Of a DNA stretch of 64,000 nucleotides, positions 10,681 through 21,629 are shown piece by piece. The notes beneath the pieces were generated by a model. That model was not told the origin of the DNA and ran no database searches. It saw nothing but the letters and a program-made list of their open reading frames with translations. Source of the DNA: an uncultured Gemmatimonadaceae bacterium. GTDB lineage: Bacteria; Gemmatimonadota; Gemmatimonadetes; Gemmatimonadales; Gemmatimonadaceae. The stretch is taken from NCBI GenBank assembly GCA_963829055.1, contig CAWHHI010000016.1:288001-352000 (forward strand). The letters are read 5' to 3'. Made by a program: the position numbers and the translations under genes. Every line of letters begins with the position of its first letter. Position 1 is the first letter of the stretch.

Positions 10681-12462
10681 ATGGCGACGTATGTGCTGGG
10701 AATCAATGCGTACCACGGCGATGTCTCGGCCGCCCTCCTGCGCGATGGACAGCTCGTTGCGGCTGTCGAAGAGGAGCGCTTTCGCCGGATCAAGCATTGG
10801 GCTGGATTCCCTACACTCGCCATTCAGAGCGTCCTGGAAATGGCCGGGATCAGCGGCCGCGACGTCCGACACGTCGCCATCAGCCGAGATCCGAAGGCCA
10901 ACCTGCTGCGAAAGGGACTGTTCACGGTCAAGCATCGACCGGACCTCCGCCTCGTCCTCGATCGCGTTCGCAACGCGGGTAAGGTCCGCGACCTCCACGG
11001 CCCGCTGGCATCGGCGCTCGGCGTCCCGCGCGACGACCTGCCCAAGCTGCACTTCGTCGAGCATCACCCCGCCCATCTCGCGAGCGCGTTCTTCGTCTCG
11101 CCGTTCGAAACCGCGGCCTGCTGCGCCATCGACGGATTCGGCGATTTCGTGAGCACGTCGTTCGCGACGGGCATCGGCAATCATCTCGACGTGTTCGACA
11201 AAGTGTACTTCCCGCATTCACTCGGGATGATGTACACCGCGGTCACGCAATTCATCGGCTTTCACGGCTACGGCGACGAGTTCAAGGTCATGGGCCTCGC
11301 GCCTTACGGGCGACCAAAACACGTCGATGCCGTTCGCCAGCTCGTGACGCTCACGGATGACGGGAAGTTCGAGCTCGCGCTCGACTACTTTCGCCACTGG
11401 TCCGACGGCGTCGAGATGGAGTGGGACGATGGCTATCCCACGCTCGGCCGCGTGTACACCGATCGCCTCGGCGACCTGTTAGGCGCCGCTCGCGAGCCGT
11501 CCGCGCCGGTCACCGAGCGCGAAGAGGACATTGCGCACTCGCTGCAGGTGGTGTACGAGGAATGCGCGATGCACGTGCTCAACGGGCTCTGGGAGCGGAC
11601 GCGCCTCGACGCGTTATGCATGGCCGGCGGGTGCGCGATGAACAGCGTCGCGAACGGCAAGATCCGCAAACACACGCCATTCACGTCCGTCTACATCCAG
11701 CCCGCCGCCGGCGACAACGGCACGGCACTCGGCGCTGCGTACTATGTGTGGAACGAGACGCTCGGGTGTTCACGCGAATTCGTGATGGAGCACGGCTACT
11801 GGGGCACGTCTCATGAGGCGGAGCGGGTGGTGGCTTCGATCCCGTCGCGCGACGACGATTGGGTGTACGACGTCGAGGTATGCGAATCGAGTGCGGACGC
11901 CGCGCGCGTTGCCGCAGCGCTTATCGCCGGAGGGAACGTCGTGGGCTGGTATCAGGGACGCATGGAGTGGGGAGCGCGCGCACTCGGCAACCGCAGCATC
12001 CTCGCCGATCCGCGACGCAGCGACGTCCGCGAGTTGATCAACACGAAGATCAAGTTCCGCGAGCGGTTCCGTCCGTTCGCGCCATCGATCGCCGAAGAGG
12101 CGCTGCACGAGTTCTTCGAGGACGCCGCGCCCGACCCGTTCATGCAGCAGGTGTATCCGGTCCGCGCCGAGAAGCGCGCGATCATTCCCGCCGTGACGCA
12201 CGTCGATGGCAGCGGACGCCTGCAGACCGTGAGTGCGCGAACGAACCCGACGTACTACGCGCTGATCAAGGAATTCGAGAAGCTGACAGGCGTGCCCGTC
12301 GTGCTGAACACCAGCTTCAACGAGAACGAGCCGATCGTCGACACGCCGGAGCAAGCCCTCGACTGCTTCATGCGAACGCGCATGGACGCGATCGTGCTGC
12401 ACAACACGATCGTTCGCCGGCAGCCCGCGGAGCGCGACGTGCCCGTGGCCACCGCCCGCTGA
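10681..12462 (+). CDS. O-carbamoyltransferase (NodU/CmcH/TobZ family)
   Basis: AVEEERFRRIKH, EHHPAH, EFKVMGLAPYG, GARALGNRSILADP, RERFRPFAPS, VTHVDGSGRLQTV, LNTSFN. Confidence 0.95.
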   Translation: MATYVLGINAYHGDVSAALLRDGQLVAAVEEERFRRIKHWAGFPTLAIQSVLEMAGISGRDVRHVAISRDPKANLLRKGLFTVKHRPDLRLVLDRVRNAGKVRDLHGPLASALGVPRDDLPKLHFVEHHPAHLASAFFVSPFETAACCAIDGFGDFVSTSFATGIGNHLDVFDKVYFPHSLGMMYTAVTQFIGFHGYGDEFKVMGLAPYGRPKHVDAVRQLVTLTDDGKFELALDYFRHWSDGVEMEWDDGYPTLGRVYTDRLGDLLGAAREPSAPVTEREEDIAHSLQVVYEECAMHVLNGLWERTRLDALCMAGGCAMNSVANGKIRKHTPFTSVYIQPAAGDNGTALGAAYYVWNETLGCSREFVMEHGYWGTSHEAERVVASIPSRDDDWVYDVEVCESSADAARVAAALIAGGNVVGWYQGRMEWGARALGNRSILADPRRSDVRELINTKIKFRERFRPFAPSIAEEALHEFFEDAAPDPFMQQVYPVRAEKRAIIPAVTHVDGSGRLQTVSARTNPTYYALIKEFEKLTGVPVVLNTSFNENEPIVDTPEQALDCFMRTRMDAIVLHNTIVRRQPAERDVPVATAR

Positions 12463-12476
12463 GGGAGGCGTCCGCG

Positions 12477-13835
12477 ATGGACCGAGCCGCAGGAGCGTCG
12501 CTCCTGTTCGTCAATCAGCACTACTTGCCGGATGTCGCCGCCACTGGGCAGTGCCTGGCGGACCTCGCGGAGCATCTCGTGGCCGAGGGTTATCGCGTGG
12601 ATGTGCTCGCGGGGCGCCCGCGCGCAGGGGCAGGGCAGGCCGCTGTACCCGTAGAGGAAGTCATGAACGGCGTCCGCGTGCGCCGCGTCTCGACGACCGC
12701 GTTCGGGCGCCGCACACACATCGGACGGATCGTCGACTACGCGTCGTTCTACGTCGCGGTGTTGGTGAAGCTGCTGTCCGGCCAACGATATGACGGCGTC
12801 GTGTTCCTGACGACGCCGCCGCTCATCTCGCTCGTGGGTCGAATCGCACGCGCAATTCGCGGCCAGCACTACGGCATCTGGTCGATGGATCTGCATCCGG
12901 AAGCGGAGTTGGCGGCCGGCATGCTGCGAGAGCACTCGCTTGCGGCACGGGCGCTCGCGTGGCTCGACGCGCGTGCCTATCGCGGCGCCGACTTCGTCGT
13001 GGACCTCGGCGCGTACATGCGCCAGCGCGTGCTGGACAAAGGAGTGCTGCCCGAGAAATCGCACACCGTCAACATCTGGGGCGGACGCGTGGACGACGTC
13101 GCGGCGCGCGGCGTGAATCCCCTAACGCGGCACCTCGGACTCGACGGCCGGTTCGTCGTGATGTATTCCGGCAACGCGGGGATCGTGCACGATTTCGGCG
13201 CGATCTTCGAGGCGATGCGCGCGCTCCGCGACGACCCACGAATCTATTTCCTGTTCGTCGGTGGAGGCCCACGGCGCGCCGAGGTGGAGACGTTCGCGCA
13301 GCGTGAGGGCATCACGAACTTCTCGTATCACGACTACTTCCCGCGCGAGATGCTGCGACACTCGCTGTCGGTCGCCGACGTCCATCTCATCTCGCTCCGC
13401 CAGCGATTCGTCGGCATCTCGGTGCCGAGCAAGTTGTATGGTGCCATGGCATCCTCGCGGCCGATCCTGTTCGTGGGACCGAAGCAGTGCGAGACGGCTG
13501 ACGCGATCCGTGCTGCCCGCTGTGGGGTCACCGTTGATCCGAGTGAGAATGGAGACCCTGCCGCTGGCGCGCGTGTGGCCGACGTCCTCCGGGCGTGGGC
13601 GGACGTGCCGCTCGTAGGTGAGGAGCTCGGGGCACGAGGGCGCGTGGCGTTCGCCGAGCGATACGACCACCACCTGAGCTGTAGGGCGTTCGAGACCATC
13701 TTGCGCGGCTCGTGGGGTGACCGTGACGATCCACAGCGGGCTGCCCCGGTGAGCCAACCAGTCCGCTCGTCCGTACTGCCTACAACCGCGACTCCCCACG
13801 CCCGAGCGAGCGACCCGCCAACTGCGGCGCGATGA
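12477..13835 (+). CDS. Glycosyltransferase family 4 (WbuB/WcaI-like)
   Basis: FVNQHYLPD, YSGNAG..HDF, SVPSKLYGAMASSRPI; GGGAGG RBS upstream. Confidence 0.88.
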   Translation: MDRAAGASLLFVNQHYLPDVAATGQCLADLAEHLVAEGYRVDVLAGRPRAGAGQAAVPVEEVMNGVRVRRVSTTAFGRRTHIGRIVDYASFYVAVLVKLLSGQRYDGVVFLTTPPLISLVGRIARAIRGQHYGIWSMDLHPEAELAAGMLREHSLAARALAWLDARAYRGADFVVDLGAYMRQRVLDKGVLPEKSHTVNIWGGRVDDVAARGVNPLTRHLGLDGRFVVMYSGNAGIVHDFGAIFEAMRALRDDPRIYFLFVGGGPRRAEVETFAQREGITNFSYHDYFPREMLRHSLSVADVHLISLRQRFVGISVPSKLYGAMASSRPILFVGPKQCETADAIRAARCGVTVDPSENGDPAAGARVADVLRAWADVPLVGEELGARGRVAFAERYDHHLSCRAFETILRGSWGDRDDPQRAAPVSQPVRSSVLPTTATPHARASDPPTAAR

Positions 13836-13955
13836 CGGCGCCATCGCCCTCGTCGCGAACTTGTGTGGCTATCGAGGCGAACTCACATTTACCGCGTCGC
13901 TACTCGACGGCCGTCCGCAGGACGCGATGGGATCGAGTCCCCCATTATCTCACTA

Positions 13956-15029
<1,074 letters not shown>

Positions 15030-15743
15030 GCGGCGACGTACAGCGACTCGCGGCGACGCCACTCGTCGCCCTGGTCGATGAAGCGTGCAGGATCATACCC
15101 TGTTTCCTCGACGTGCTCGAAGCCGACGGCTTCGAGCCGTCGCTGCATCAGGGCCAGGTCCCACGCGAACTGGTGGTCCCCGCCCATGCGGAACGCCTGG
15201 TTCACGATCTCGATGTCCGTGTCGAACGGCACCGCGGCGCCGCCGAGCTGCCGCATGGCATTGAAGAATGCGGAGTCGTGACGCACGTACGCGCTGATGT
15301 AACGCGCGGCGTCAGGCACGATGATGCGGAGCTCACCGCCGGCCTCGAGGACGCGGAAGCACTCCGCGAGCACCGGCATGACTTCGTCTGGAAATCGCAG
15401 GTGCTCGAAGAAGTGCTCGCAGTGGATGCGTCGCGCACTGGCGTCGTCGAGCGGCAAGCCCCAGCGCACATCCCAGCGGATGCCGCCGGGCGGGCTCACC
15501 ATGAGGTCGATGGGCGTCCAGCCGTCGCACTGGTGGAATCCGGCGCCGAGGTTGAGCGAGAGTCCGCGGGCGTGCCGAAGCTGGCGAACGGCGCGCTGAT
15601 TCGCTGGCGTTAGGCAGCGGAGCCGAGCGGCCTGCACGGCGGCTTCACTCTTGAGCGCCTCCACGAACTGGGTCGAGAACAGCCCCGTCGCGACGCGGTG
15701 TTTCCAGCCCATGGCTAGACAGCCTCCATCGTCGGAGGAGCAG

Positions 15744-15880
15744 GTCATTCCGAGCGGCGTTGTCATTCCGAGCGAACGAAGTGAGTCGAGGAATCCTCGG
15801 ACTGCCTGGTAGAGGGCTCTCTACCGGGACACCAAGGATTCCGTCGACTGCGCGCCTCCGGCGCTCCGCTCGGAATGACA
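15744..15880. repeat. Nested palindromic (REP/MITE-like) intergenic element
   Basis: Perfect 14-bp terminal IR TGTCATTCCGAGCG (15761-15774) / CGCTCGGAATGACA (15867-15880), two inner stems, and an extra left-end copy at 15744. Confidence 0.85.
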
Positions 15881-15884
15881 CGAC

Positions 15885-16535
15885 TCACGGAGCCACCCAG
15901 ATCGCCGTGTCGGCGACGCCGTTCTCCGTCCACTGCCGCTGCCACCCCGCGACGGCGTCCTGGAACTCCACCCACGTCGGCGACAGCGGCTCGTCTGCCG
16001 CGCCGCGCGAGCTCGGCGCGCGACTCGATGACGGCAGAAACCAGTTCACGTTGTCCACGATGAGCAGCGCCCCGGGACGGAGCTTCGGAATGACCGCGAG
16101 CGCGCACGCGCTCCGATACATACCGTCCACGAGTGCGAAATCGACCGATCGGGGCCCGAACACGTCAACCGCCCGCACGTATTCGGACGCGAACATCGCC
16201 GCGATCCACTCCGGCGTCTCGACGCGCTCCGGCTCCACCGGCAGCAGGCGGTAGTCGACGTTGATGATGCCGACGTCCTCGAGCTGGTCCGAGACGATGG
16301 CGTGCCACCCTGCGTCGTGCTCGACACTCACGAGACGCCCCACTCGCTGCGCAAACCAGCGCGTGCTGCGCCCAGATCCCCACTCGATGCCAACGTGGTC
16401 AGGACGCAGCCACGCGTCCAGCACCTTGGTCGCCTCGGCAGTAAGCCAGGGCGCATTGGGGTGCATGCGTTGGTGCATGGCCAGGCGGACGCGATCGGCC
16501 ACGTAGCGTGGCCGAAGCAGCTGGGACGGGCGCAT
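15885..16535 (-). CDS. Class I SAM-dependent methyltransferase
   Basis: PWLT, IEWGSGRSTRWF, VSVEHD, FALVDG..R, LRPGALLIVDN motifs. Confidence 0.82.
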   Translation of the reverse strand: MRPSQLLRPRYVADRVRLAMHQRMHPNAPWLTAEATKVLDAWLRPDHVGIEWGSGRSTRWFAQRVGRLVSVEHDAGWHAIVSDQLEDVGIINVDYRLLPVEPERVETPEWIAAMFASEYVRAVDVFGPRSVDFALVDGMYRSACALAVIPKLRPGALLIVDNVNWFLPSSSRAPSSRGAADEPLSPTWVEFQDAVAGWQRQWTENGVADTAIWVAP

Positions 16536-16598
16536 TGCCCAAACTAACATCCAAGTTCCGTGCCCGCGGCCCCGACAGTAGGCCACCCCAAACGCGAA

Positions 16599-16623
16599 CG
16601 GCCACCTCGGTTGGAGGCGGCCG
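16599..16623 (-). terminator. Probable intrinsic terminator of tRNA-Val
   Basis: Minus strand CGGCCGCCTC-CAACC-GAGGTGGCCG followed by TTCGCGTTT. Confidence 0.6.
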
Positions 16624-16646
16624 CCGGTTTTGCAATGGATTTGGAG

Positions 16647-16720
16647 TGGTCGCGCAGGGACTCGAACCCCGGACCTCTGGTATGTGAGACCAGCGCTCTA
16701 ACCAGCTGAGCTACGCGACC
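16647..16720 (-). tRNA. tRNA-Val(CAC)
   Basis: GGTCGCGTAGCTCAGCTGGTTAGAGCGCTGGTCT-CAC-ATACCAGAGGTCCGGGGTTCGAGTCCCTGCGCGACCA cloverleaf; CCA not encoded directly after the discriminator. Confidence 0.95.
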
Positions 16721-17111
16721 TGAAACGCCACCGGAACGACCTGACGCAACGCTCCGAGCGAGCGCGGAAGTCTAATGGAGGGTTGAGGCTCAAGCCACCC
16801 CCGTCCGCTGGTCGACCCGGCGTCTGCTCAGCCGCGCCAGGTTCAAGAGACACACCGCGACCGTGCACGGGTGGACGGCGGCTGCGCGCCTCCGACCAGT
16901 GCGCCTGGCACCGCCGGTGCGCCGTTGACCTCGCAGCGCGGACGCTGCGACCGCTGGTCATCCGCCGAGAGGGTCGACCCTTCGCAACGACGGCGCGCCT
17001 CATATTTGCGACACGGCGACCACTCGTTAGGTAGGCGATCGTGTCTGCGGCGGTGACTCGCGTTTTTCGAACGACAACCGCGCACCGGCGAGCGTGCCGA
17101 AGGCAAGGCCG

Positions 17112-17261
17112 GTGAGCCTGAGCATCGGGGTCGTGACACGGGAATGGCTTCAACCTGTAGCCGCGCTCGGCTGCGCCGTCCTCCAGAAGCCGTGCGACAT
17201 CGTTGATCTCACGCGCGTCGCCGTAGCGTGCGAGGCGTCGGCGGACCCGAGCGCGTCGTAA
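17112..17261 (+). pseudogene. Possible remnant of a response-regulator receiver domain (C-terminal half)
   Basis: Reads VSLSIGVVTREWLQPVAALGCAVLQKPCDIVDLTRVA; the L-x-KP-x-D..L pattern resembles receiver beta5-alpha5; no N-terminal half seen. Confidence 0.3.
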
Positions 17262-17396
17262 GGAGTCCCCGCGGTCTATCGGACGAGCGGTCAGCGCTGC
17301 ATGTTTGTTGGGGTCCCTAGGTTTACCGATACGCTCGGCATGCACCGACTCTGGTGCAGCCCACGGACAGGCCGGCCAACCGCTACCGGTGGCCCT

Positions 17397-17714
17397 ATGT
17401 CCAATGCCAATGCGTCCGATCTGAACCGCGCTCCATCCCCCGATCCAGGCGATCGCCTCCACGCCGTCGCGGAAGCGGTCACGCACGACCCGCAGTTCGT
17501 GGACCTCCAAGCGCGCGCGGACGTTCGCGCTGCCGATGTCGAGGACCTCGTCGCGGAAGTCGCTGCGCGGTTGCGGGCCGTCTGTGCCCATCTCGACGAC
17601 GACCATTTCGCCGCGCTGGTGCTCGACATCGCGCGCACGAAGGTGCGGTTCGCCAGCAGGGATCTCAGCATGGGATTGCCGGTGTTCGGCCGCAACCCGT
17701 CAGGGCGCAGTTAG
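17397..17714 (+). CDS. Small hypothetical protein
   Basis: GC3-rich ORF with amphipathic helical content (VAARLRAVCAHLDDDHFAALVLDIARTK). Confidence 0.6.
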   Translation: MSNANASDLNRAPSPDPGDRLHAVAEAVTHDPQFVDLQARADVRAADVEDLVAEVAARLRAVCAHLDDDHFAALVLDIARTKVRFASRDLSMGLPVFGRNPSGRS

Positions 17715-17772
17715 TCCGCGACGGGCGATGACAGTCTCAGCCGCGTGGCATTGGCTCTGCTCAACGGTCTTC

Positions 17773-18126
17773 ATGCCAACCGATTCACGAACGCCTTTCG
17801 CGACCCCCGACGGCGAGCACCCCAGTGCTCTAGCACGCGAACTCGTGAGTGAGGCAGCTGCGGACTACGGGCGCGTGCGGAAGGCGACGATAGCGGGTGT
17901 CGCCCCTGTGGGCAGCGGCGCGGCGGCGGCGTCGGCCCACGACACGCTGCGCGCCGCGGTGGTCGCCTACGCGAAGGCCCTTTGCTCCACCGGCGTGCCG
18001 GCCGAGCGCGCGGTCGTCGGGGTCACGTCGGCGGTCGAGGCGGCGCTGGCGCTCGACGAGCTGGAGCGCCGCGCCTGCGTGGGGAGTGCCGTTCGGTGGG
18101 CGATCACGGCGTACAACGACGCCTGA
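17773..18126 (+). CDS. Small hypothetical protein
   Basis: GC3-rich ORF (LRAAVVAYAKALCSTGVPAERAVV...AVRWAITAY). Confidence 0.6.
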   Translation: MPTDSRTPFATPDGEHPSALARELVSEAAADYGRVRKATIAGVAPVGSGAAAASAHDTLRAAVVAYAKALCSTGVPAERAVVGVTSAVEAALALDELERRACVGSAVRWAITAYNDA

Positions 18127-18529
18127 CGCGAACGTGAGGGGATGCGACTGCGGGCCGTCGACGCGGGGGTGTGGTACTGGTGCGCGCCCTTGTCGGGAAT
18201 CGCCCACCACCCGCGGCGCCGGCTACCAACGCAGCGCGCCCGCGTGGGGTTCGGCGGTCGGAGTTCACGGTTCCGGGCCGCGCCACCGTACACACGGTGT
18301 ACGAGGGGAGACGCCTCGCGCGCCGTGCTAAAAAGCACGAGCCGTTCCACGCCGAATTGATAGGGATGCCAAACGTTCGGTGCGCGGATTCGACCGCAAC
18401 GCGATGTTACCGCGAACGACACGCCGCCGCCGTGCGACAGCCGTTGCGCGACAGCTACAAACTTGGGGGCAACGCATAGGCTTTCGAGGGCGCGCCGACT
18501 AAGAAGGACGGTTACAACGCGTTAGGGAA

Positions 18530-18603
18530 TGGGCCCTGCAGGGCTCGAACCTGCGACCGTTGGATTATGAGTCCACTGCTCTAACCGACTGAGCTAAGGG
18601 CCC
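18530..18603 (-). tRNA. tRNA with CAT anticodon, probably tRNA-Ile2
   Basis: GGGCCCTTAGCTCAGTCGGTTAGAGCAGTGGACT-CAT-AATCCAACGGTCGCAGGTTCGAGCCCTGCAGGGCCCA; C4:G69 and C5:G68 pairs and a paired G1:C72 fit Ile2 rather than fMet. Confidence 0.88.
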
Positions 18604-18711
18604 GACGTCGGCAAGTTACTCCAAGCGCGAGAAGCAGCAAGCGAGCGCCGTAGCGTCAGGGTTCTCCGCACGCGTTCGCCCGCCTGACGGCCTCCTTCCG
18701 AGGGCCTCGCG

Positions 18712-19725
18712 TCACGCGCAGTGCAGCTCGTACGCCTCGACGATCTCCTCGGGCGTCACCGTCGCCGCGCCAAGCTTCCCGACCTCGACGCCCGCCGCGA
18801 AGTTCGCCACGACCGCCGCCTCGTACGCCGTCGCGCCCGCCGCGAGTGACGTCGCCAGATATGCCGTCACCGTGTCACCCGCGCCGACCACGTCATACAC
18901 ATCGCGCGCCGTCGTCGGAATCCGCCGCACGTGCCCGTCCGCCGCGATGAGCGCCATGCCGCGTTCGCCGAGCGTGAGCAACAGATGCTCGACGCCGAGT
19001 CGCTCGAACGTGGCCGGCAGGGCCTCGGGATGCTCGAGATCCACCGCCGCACCCATCGCCGCCTCGAGCTCTCGGCGGTTCGGCTTGAACACGGTCGCCC
19101 CGCGATACGAGAAGAAGTTCCGGTACTTCGGGTCGACGACGATCGGGATCTTCCGCCTGCGTGCGATAGCAATCGCCCCCTCGATCACACGGGGAACGAG
19201 CACGCCCTTGTTGTAGTCCTCGAGCACCAGCGCGTCCGCCACTTCGACCGCGGCAGCCACCGCCTCCAACATGCGGTCGGCATCGTGGGGCGCGAGGTCG
19301 GCGTCGTCCTCTTCGTCGAAGCGCACGACCTGCTGCGCTCGCGCGAGCACGCGCGTCTTTCGCGTCGTCGGTCGCGGAACCTCCACGAGCGCGCTCGCGT
19401 CGCGTTGCACGTCGCGCAGCATCCGCCGCAGTGTGCGTCCCGGCTCGTCATCCCCGACGGCGGCAACCAATGCGCACGACGCGCCTGCCGCCGCGACGTT
19501 CTGCGCGACGTTGGCCGCGCCGCCGAGTGCGTGTTTCGTCTCACGAACACGGACCACAGGGACGGGAGCTTCGGGCGAGATGCGATCGACGTCGCCGCGC
19601 AGATACACGTCGAGCATTGCGTCGCCCACAACCGCGACACGACGACCGCGCGCCGCGTCGAGCAGGGCATCGAGACGATCGCGCGCGATGAGCGGCGCGC
19701 GGGACGAAGACACGGCGTTCGGCAT
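18712..19725 (-). CDS. hldA: D-glycero-beta-D-manno-heptose-7-phosphate kinase (RfaE domain I, PfkB family)
   Basis: VVGDAMLDVYLRGDVDRISPEAPVPV, GGAANVA, DYNKG, DVVGAGDTV. Confidence 0.92.
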   Translation of the reverse strand: MPNAVSSSRAPLIARDRLDALLDAARGRRVAVVGDAMLDVYLRGDVDRISPEAPVPVVRVRETKHALGGAANVAQNVAAAGASCALVAAVGDDEPGRTLRRMLRDVQRDASALVEVPRPTTRKTRVLARAQQVVRFDEEDDADLAPHDADRMLEAVAAAVEVADALVLEDYNKGVLVPRVIEGAIAIARRRKIPIVVDPKYRNFFSYRGATVFKPNRRELEAAMGAAVDLEHPEALPATFERLGVEHLLLTLGERGMALIAADGHVRRIPTTARDVYDVVGAGDTVTAYLATSLAAGATAYEAAVVANFAAGVEVGKLGAATVTPEEIVEAYELHCA

Positions 19726-19848
19726 GCGCGGCAAGCTAGGCGACCGAACGCTGCACGGTCAACAGCCCCATCCGCAGGCGGCACGAGCCTTGCCTTCCTG
19801 CTCGCAAACACGCGGCGCGGCCTGACGCCCGTCCACGCACTCAACTTC

Positions 19849-20664
19849 TTGCCTCCGATACTCGACCGGCTCAACGACGCTGCGAAACGGAAAGTCCTAG
19901 CGCTGCAGGATTACTTCATCCTGGCGTGGAATGCTTTGCGTTTCATTTTCGCCCGCCCGTTCTACGGCGGCGATCTGGTGCAGCAGATGGACGCGATCGG
20001 AGTGCAATCGCTCGGAATCGTCCTTCTCACCGGCTTCTTCACCGGGATGGTGCTCGCTCTGCAGTCGGCGGTGCAGCTTCAGACGTTCGGCGCTTCGATG
20101 TACATGGGACGCCTCGTCTCGGCGTCGATGATCCGCGAGCTCGGGCCCGTGCTGGCTGGCCTCATGGTGGCCGGTCGCGTCGGCTCCGGTATCGCCGCGC
20201 AACTCGGCTCCATGAAAGTCACCGAGCAGATCGACGCCCTCAACACCCTCGGCACCGATCCGATCAAGAAGCTCGTCGTTCCGCGCGTCCTGGCGGCGCT
20301 GATCATGTTGCCGGTTCTCACGATCATCAACGACTGCGTCGGTATCGTCGGCGGCAATCTCATCGCGCAGTTCTATCTCGATGTGCCGACGAGTCTCTAC
20401 TGGCGCACGGTGTGGGAGCAGGTCGCGTCAGACGGCTTCGTACTCCGCTTCATCCCTAACGACTTCGTGCAGGGGCTCACGAAGCCGTTCGTCTTTGGGG
20501 GCATCATTTCCATCACGGCCTGCTATTTCGGTCTCAACACGACGGGCGGCACTGAAGGCGTCGGCATCAGCACGACGCGCACGGTGGTCACCTCCAGCAT
20601 TCTGATTCTCGTCCTCGACTATTTCCTGACCCAGATCCTGTTGTCCGTGCTGGTGGCGCCGTGA
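19849..20664 (+). CDS. mlaE: MlaE-family ABC transporter permease (start uncertain)
   Basis: RELGPVLAGLMVAGRVGSGIAAQLGSMKVTEQIDAL signature. Confidence 0.92.
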   Translation: MPPILDRLNDAAKRKVLALQDYFILAWNALRFIFARPFYGGDLVQQMDAIGVQSLGIVLLTGFFTGMVLALQSAVQLQTFGASMYMGRLVSASMIRELGPVLAGLMVAGRVGSGIAAQLGSMKVTEQIDALNTLGTDPIKKLVVPRVLAALIMLPVLTIINDCVGIVGGNLIAQFYLDVPTSLYWRTVWEQVASDGFVLRFIPNDFVQGLTKPFVFGGIISITACYFGLNTTGGTEGVGISTTRTVVTSSILILVLDYFLTQILLSVLVAP

Positions 20665-21626
20665 TCGATAACGAGCCCGGCGCACCGTCAGGCCCTGCTG
20701 CGCCGCCGGAAGCTCCGGATCCGTCTCGTCCGCTGGACGCTGGCGAGATCGCGGACGCGCACGAGCGCCGCGCGGACGATGTCATTCGACGGAAGCAGGA
20801 AGAGCGTGTGCGGACCGCCATTCAGTCCGAGCTGTCGGAGGATGACGCTGACGCTGCACCACGCCCCCGCGCTGAAGACCCCGGTCCGCTCGAAGACGCG
20901 GTCATCGAGCTCGAGCGCGTGTATCTCTCGTTCGACCGGCCGATTCTCGAGGACGTGTCGTTCGCGGCGTTTCCGGGTGAGACCGTCGTCATCGTCGGTG
21001 AGTCCGGGACGGGAAAATCGACGACGCTCAAGCTCATTCTGCGCCTGTTGCAGCCTGACAGCGGCCGCGTGTACGTGAGCGGGAACGATATCGCCGGGCT
21101 CTCGTTTACCGAGGCGCTCGCGGTCCGTCAGAAGATGGGCATGGTGTTTCAGAGCGCCGCCTTGTTCGACTCCATGACGGTGTTCGAAAACGTCGCTTAC
21201 CCCCTCCGCGAGCATACCGACCTGGACGACGACGAGATCGAGGCACGCGTTCGCCAGAAACTCGAGTTCGTCGACCTCACGCCTGACGAGGTCATGGACC
21301 GCCTGCCCGCCGAGTTGTCCGGTGGCATGAAGAAGCGCGTGGGCATCGCGCGCGGCATGGCCAACAACGCCGAGATCATGCTGTACGACGAGCCGACGTC
21401 CGGGCTCGATCCACTAACGACCGCTACCATCACGCGACTGATCATGAAGCTCCAGCGGGAGCTGAACGTGACCAGTATCGTCGTGTCGCACGACATCCGG
21501 TCGGCCTTTCGCATGGGGACCCACATTGCCCTCCTGGCCGATCGCTCGATCCGATTCTTCGGTACGCCGGAAGAGATGGCTGCGTCCGACGACCGGTACA
21601 TCCGCGATTTCCTCGGAGGCTTTTGA
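20661..21626 (+). CDS. mlaF: MlaF-family ABC transporter ATPase
   Basis: Walker A GESGTGKS, LSGGMKKRV, YDEPTSGLDP. Confidence 0.92.
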   Translation: MIDNEPGAPSGPAAPPEAPDPSRPLDAGEIADAHERRADDVIRRKQEERVRTAIQSELSEDDADAAPRPRAEDPGPLEDAVIELERVYLSFDRPILEDVSFAAFPGETVVIVGESGTGKSTTLKLILRLLQPDSGRVYVSGNDIAGLSFTEALAVRQKMGMVFQSAALFDSMTVFENVAYPLREHTDLDDDEIEARVRQKLEFVDLTPDEVMDRLPAELSGGMKKRVGIARGMANNAEIMLYDEPTSGLDPLTTATITRLIMKLQRELNVTSIVVSHDIRSAFRMGTHIALLADRSIRFFGTPEEMAASDDRYIRDFLGGF

Positions 21627-21629
21627 GCC

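Noticed and set aside
18142..18360. 72-aa plus-strand ORF (MRLRAVDAGVWYW..)
   Set aside because: No recognisable motif and an Arg-rich tail; cannot be supported from the sequence alone
16647..18603. Prophage or integrative element at the tRNAs
   Set aside because: No integrase, no phage genes and no duplicated tRNA 3' end seen
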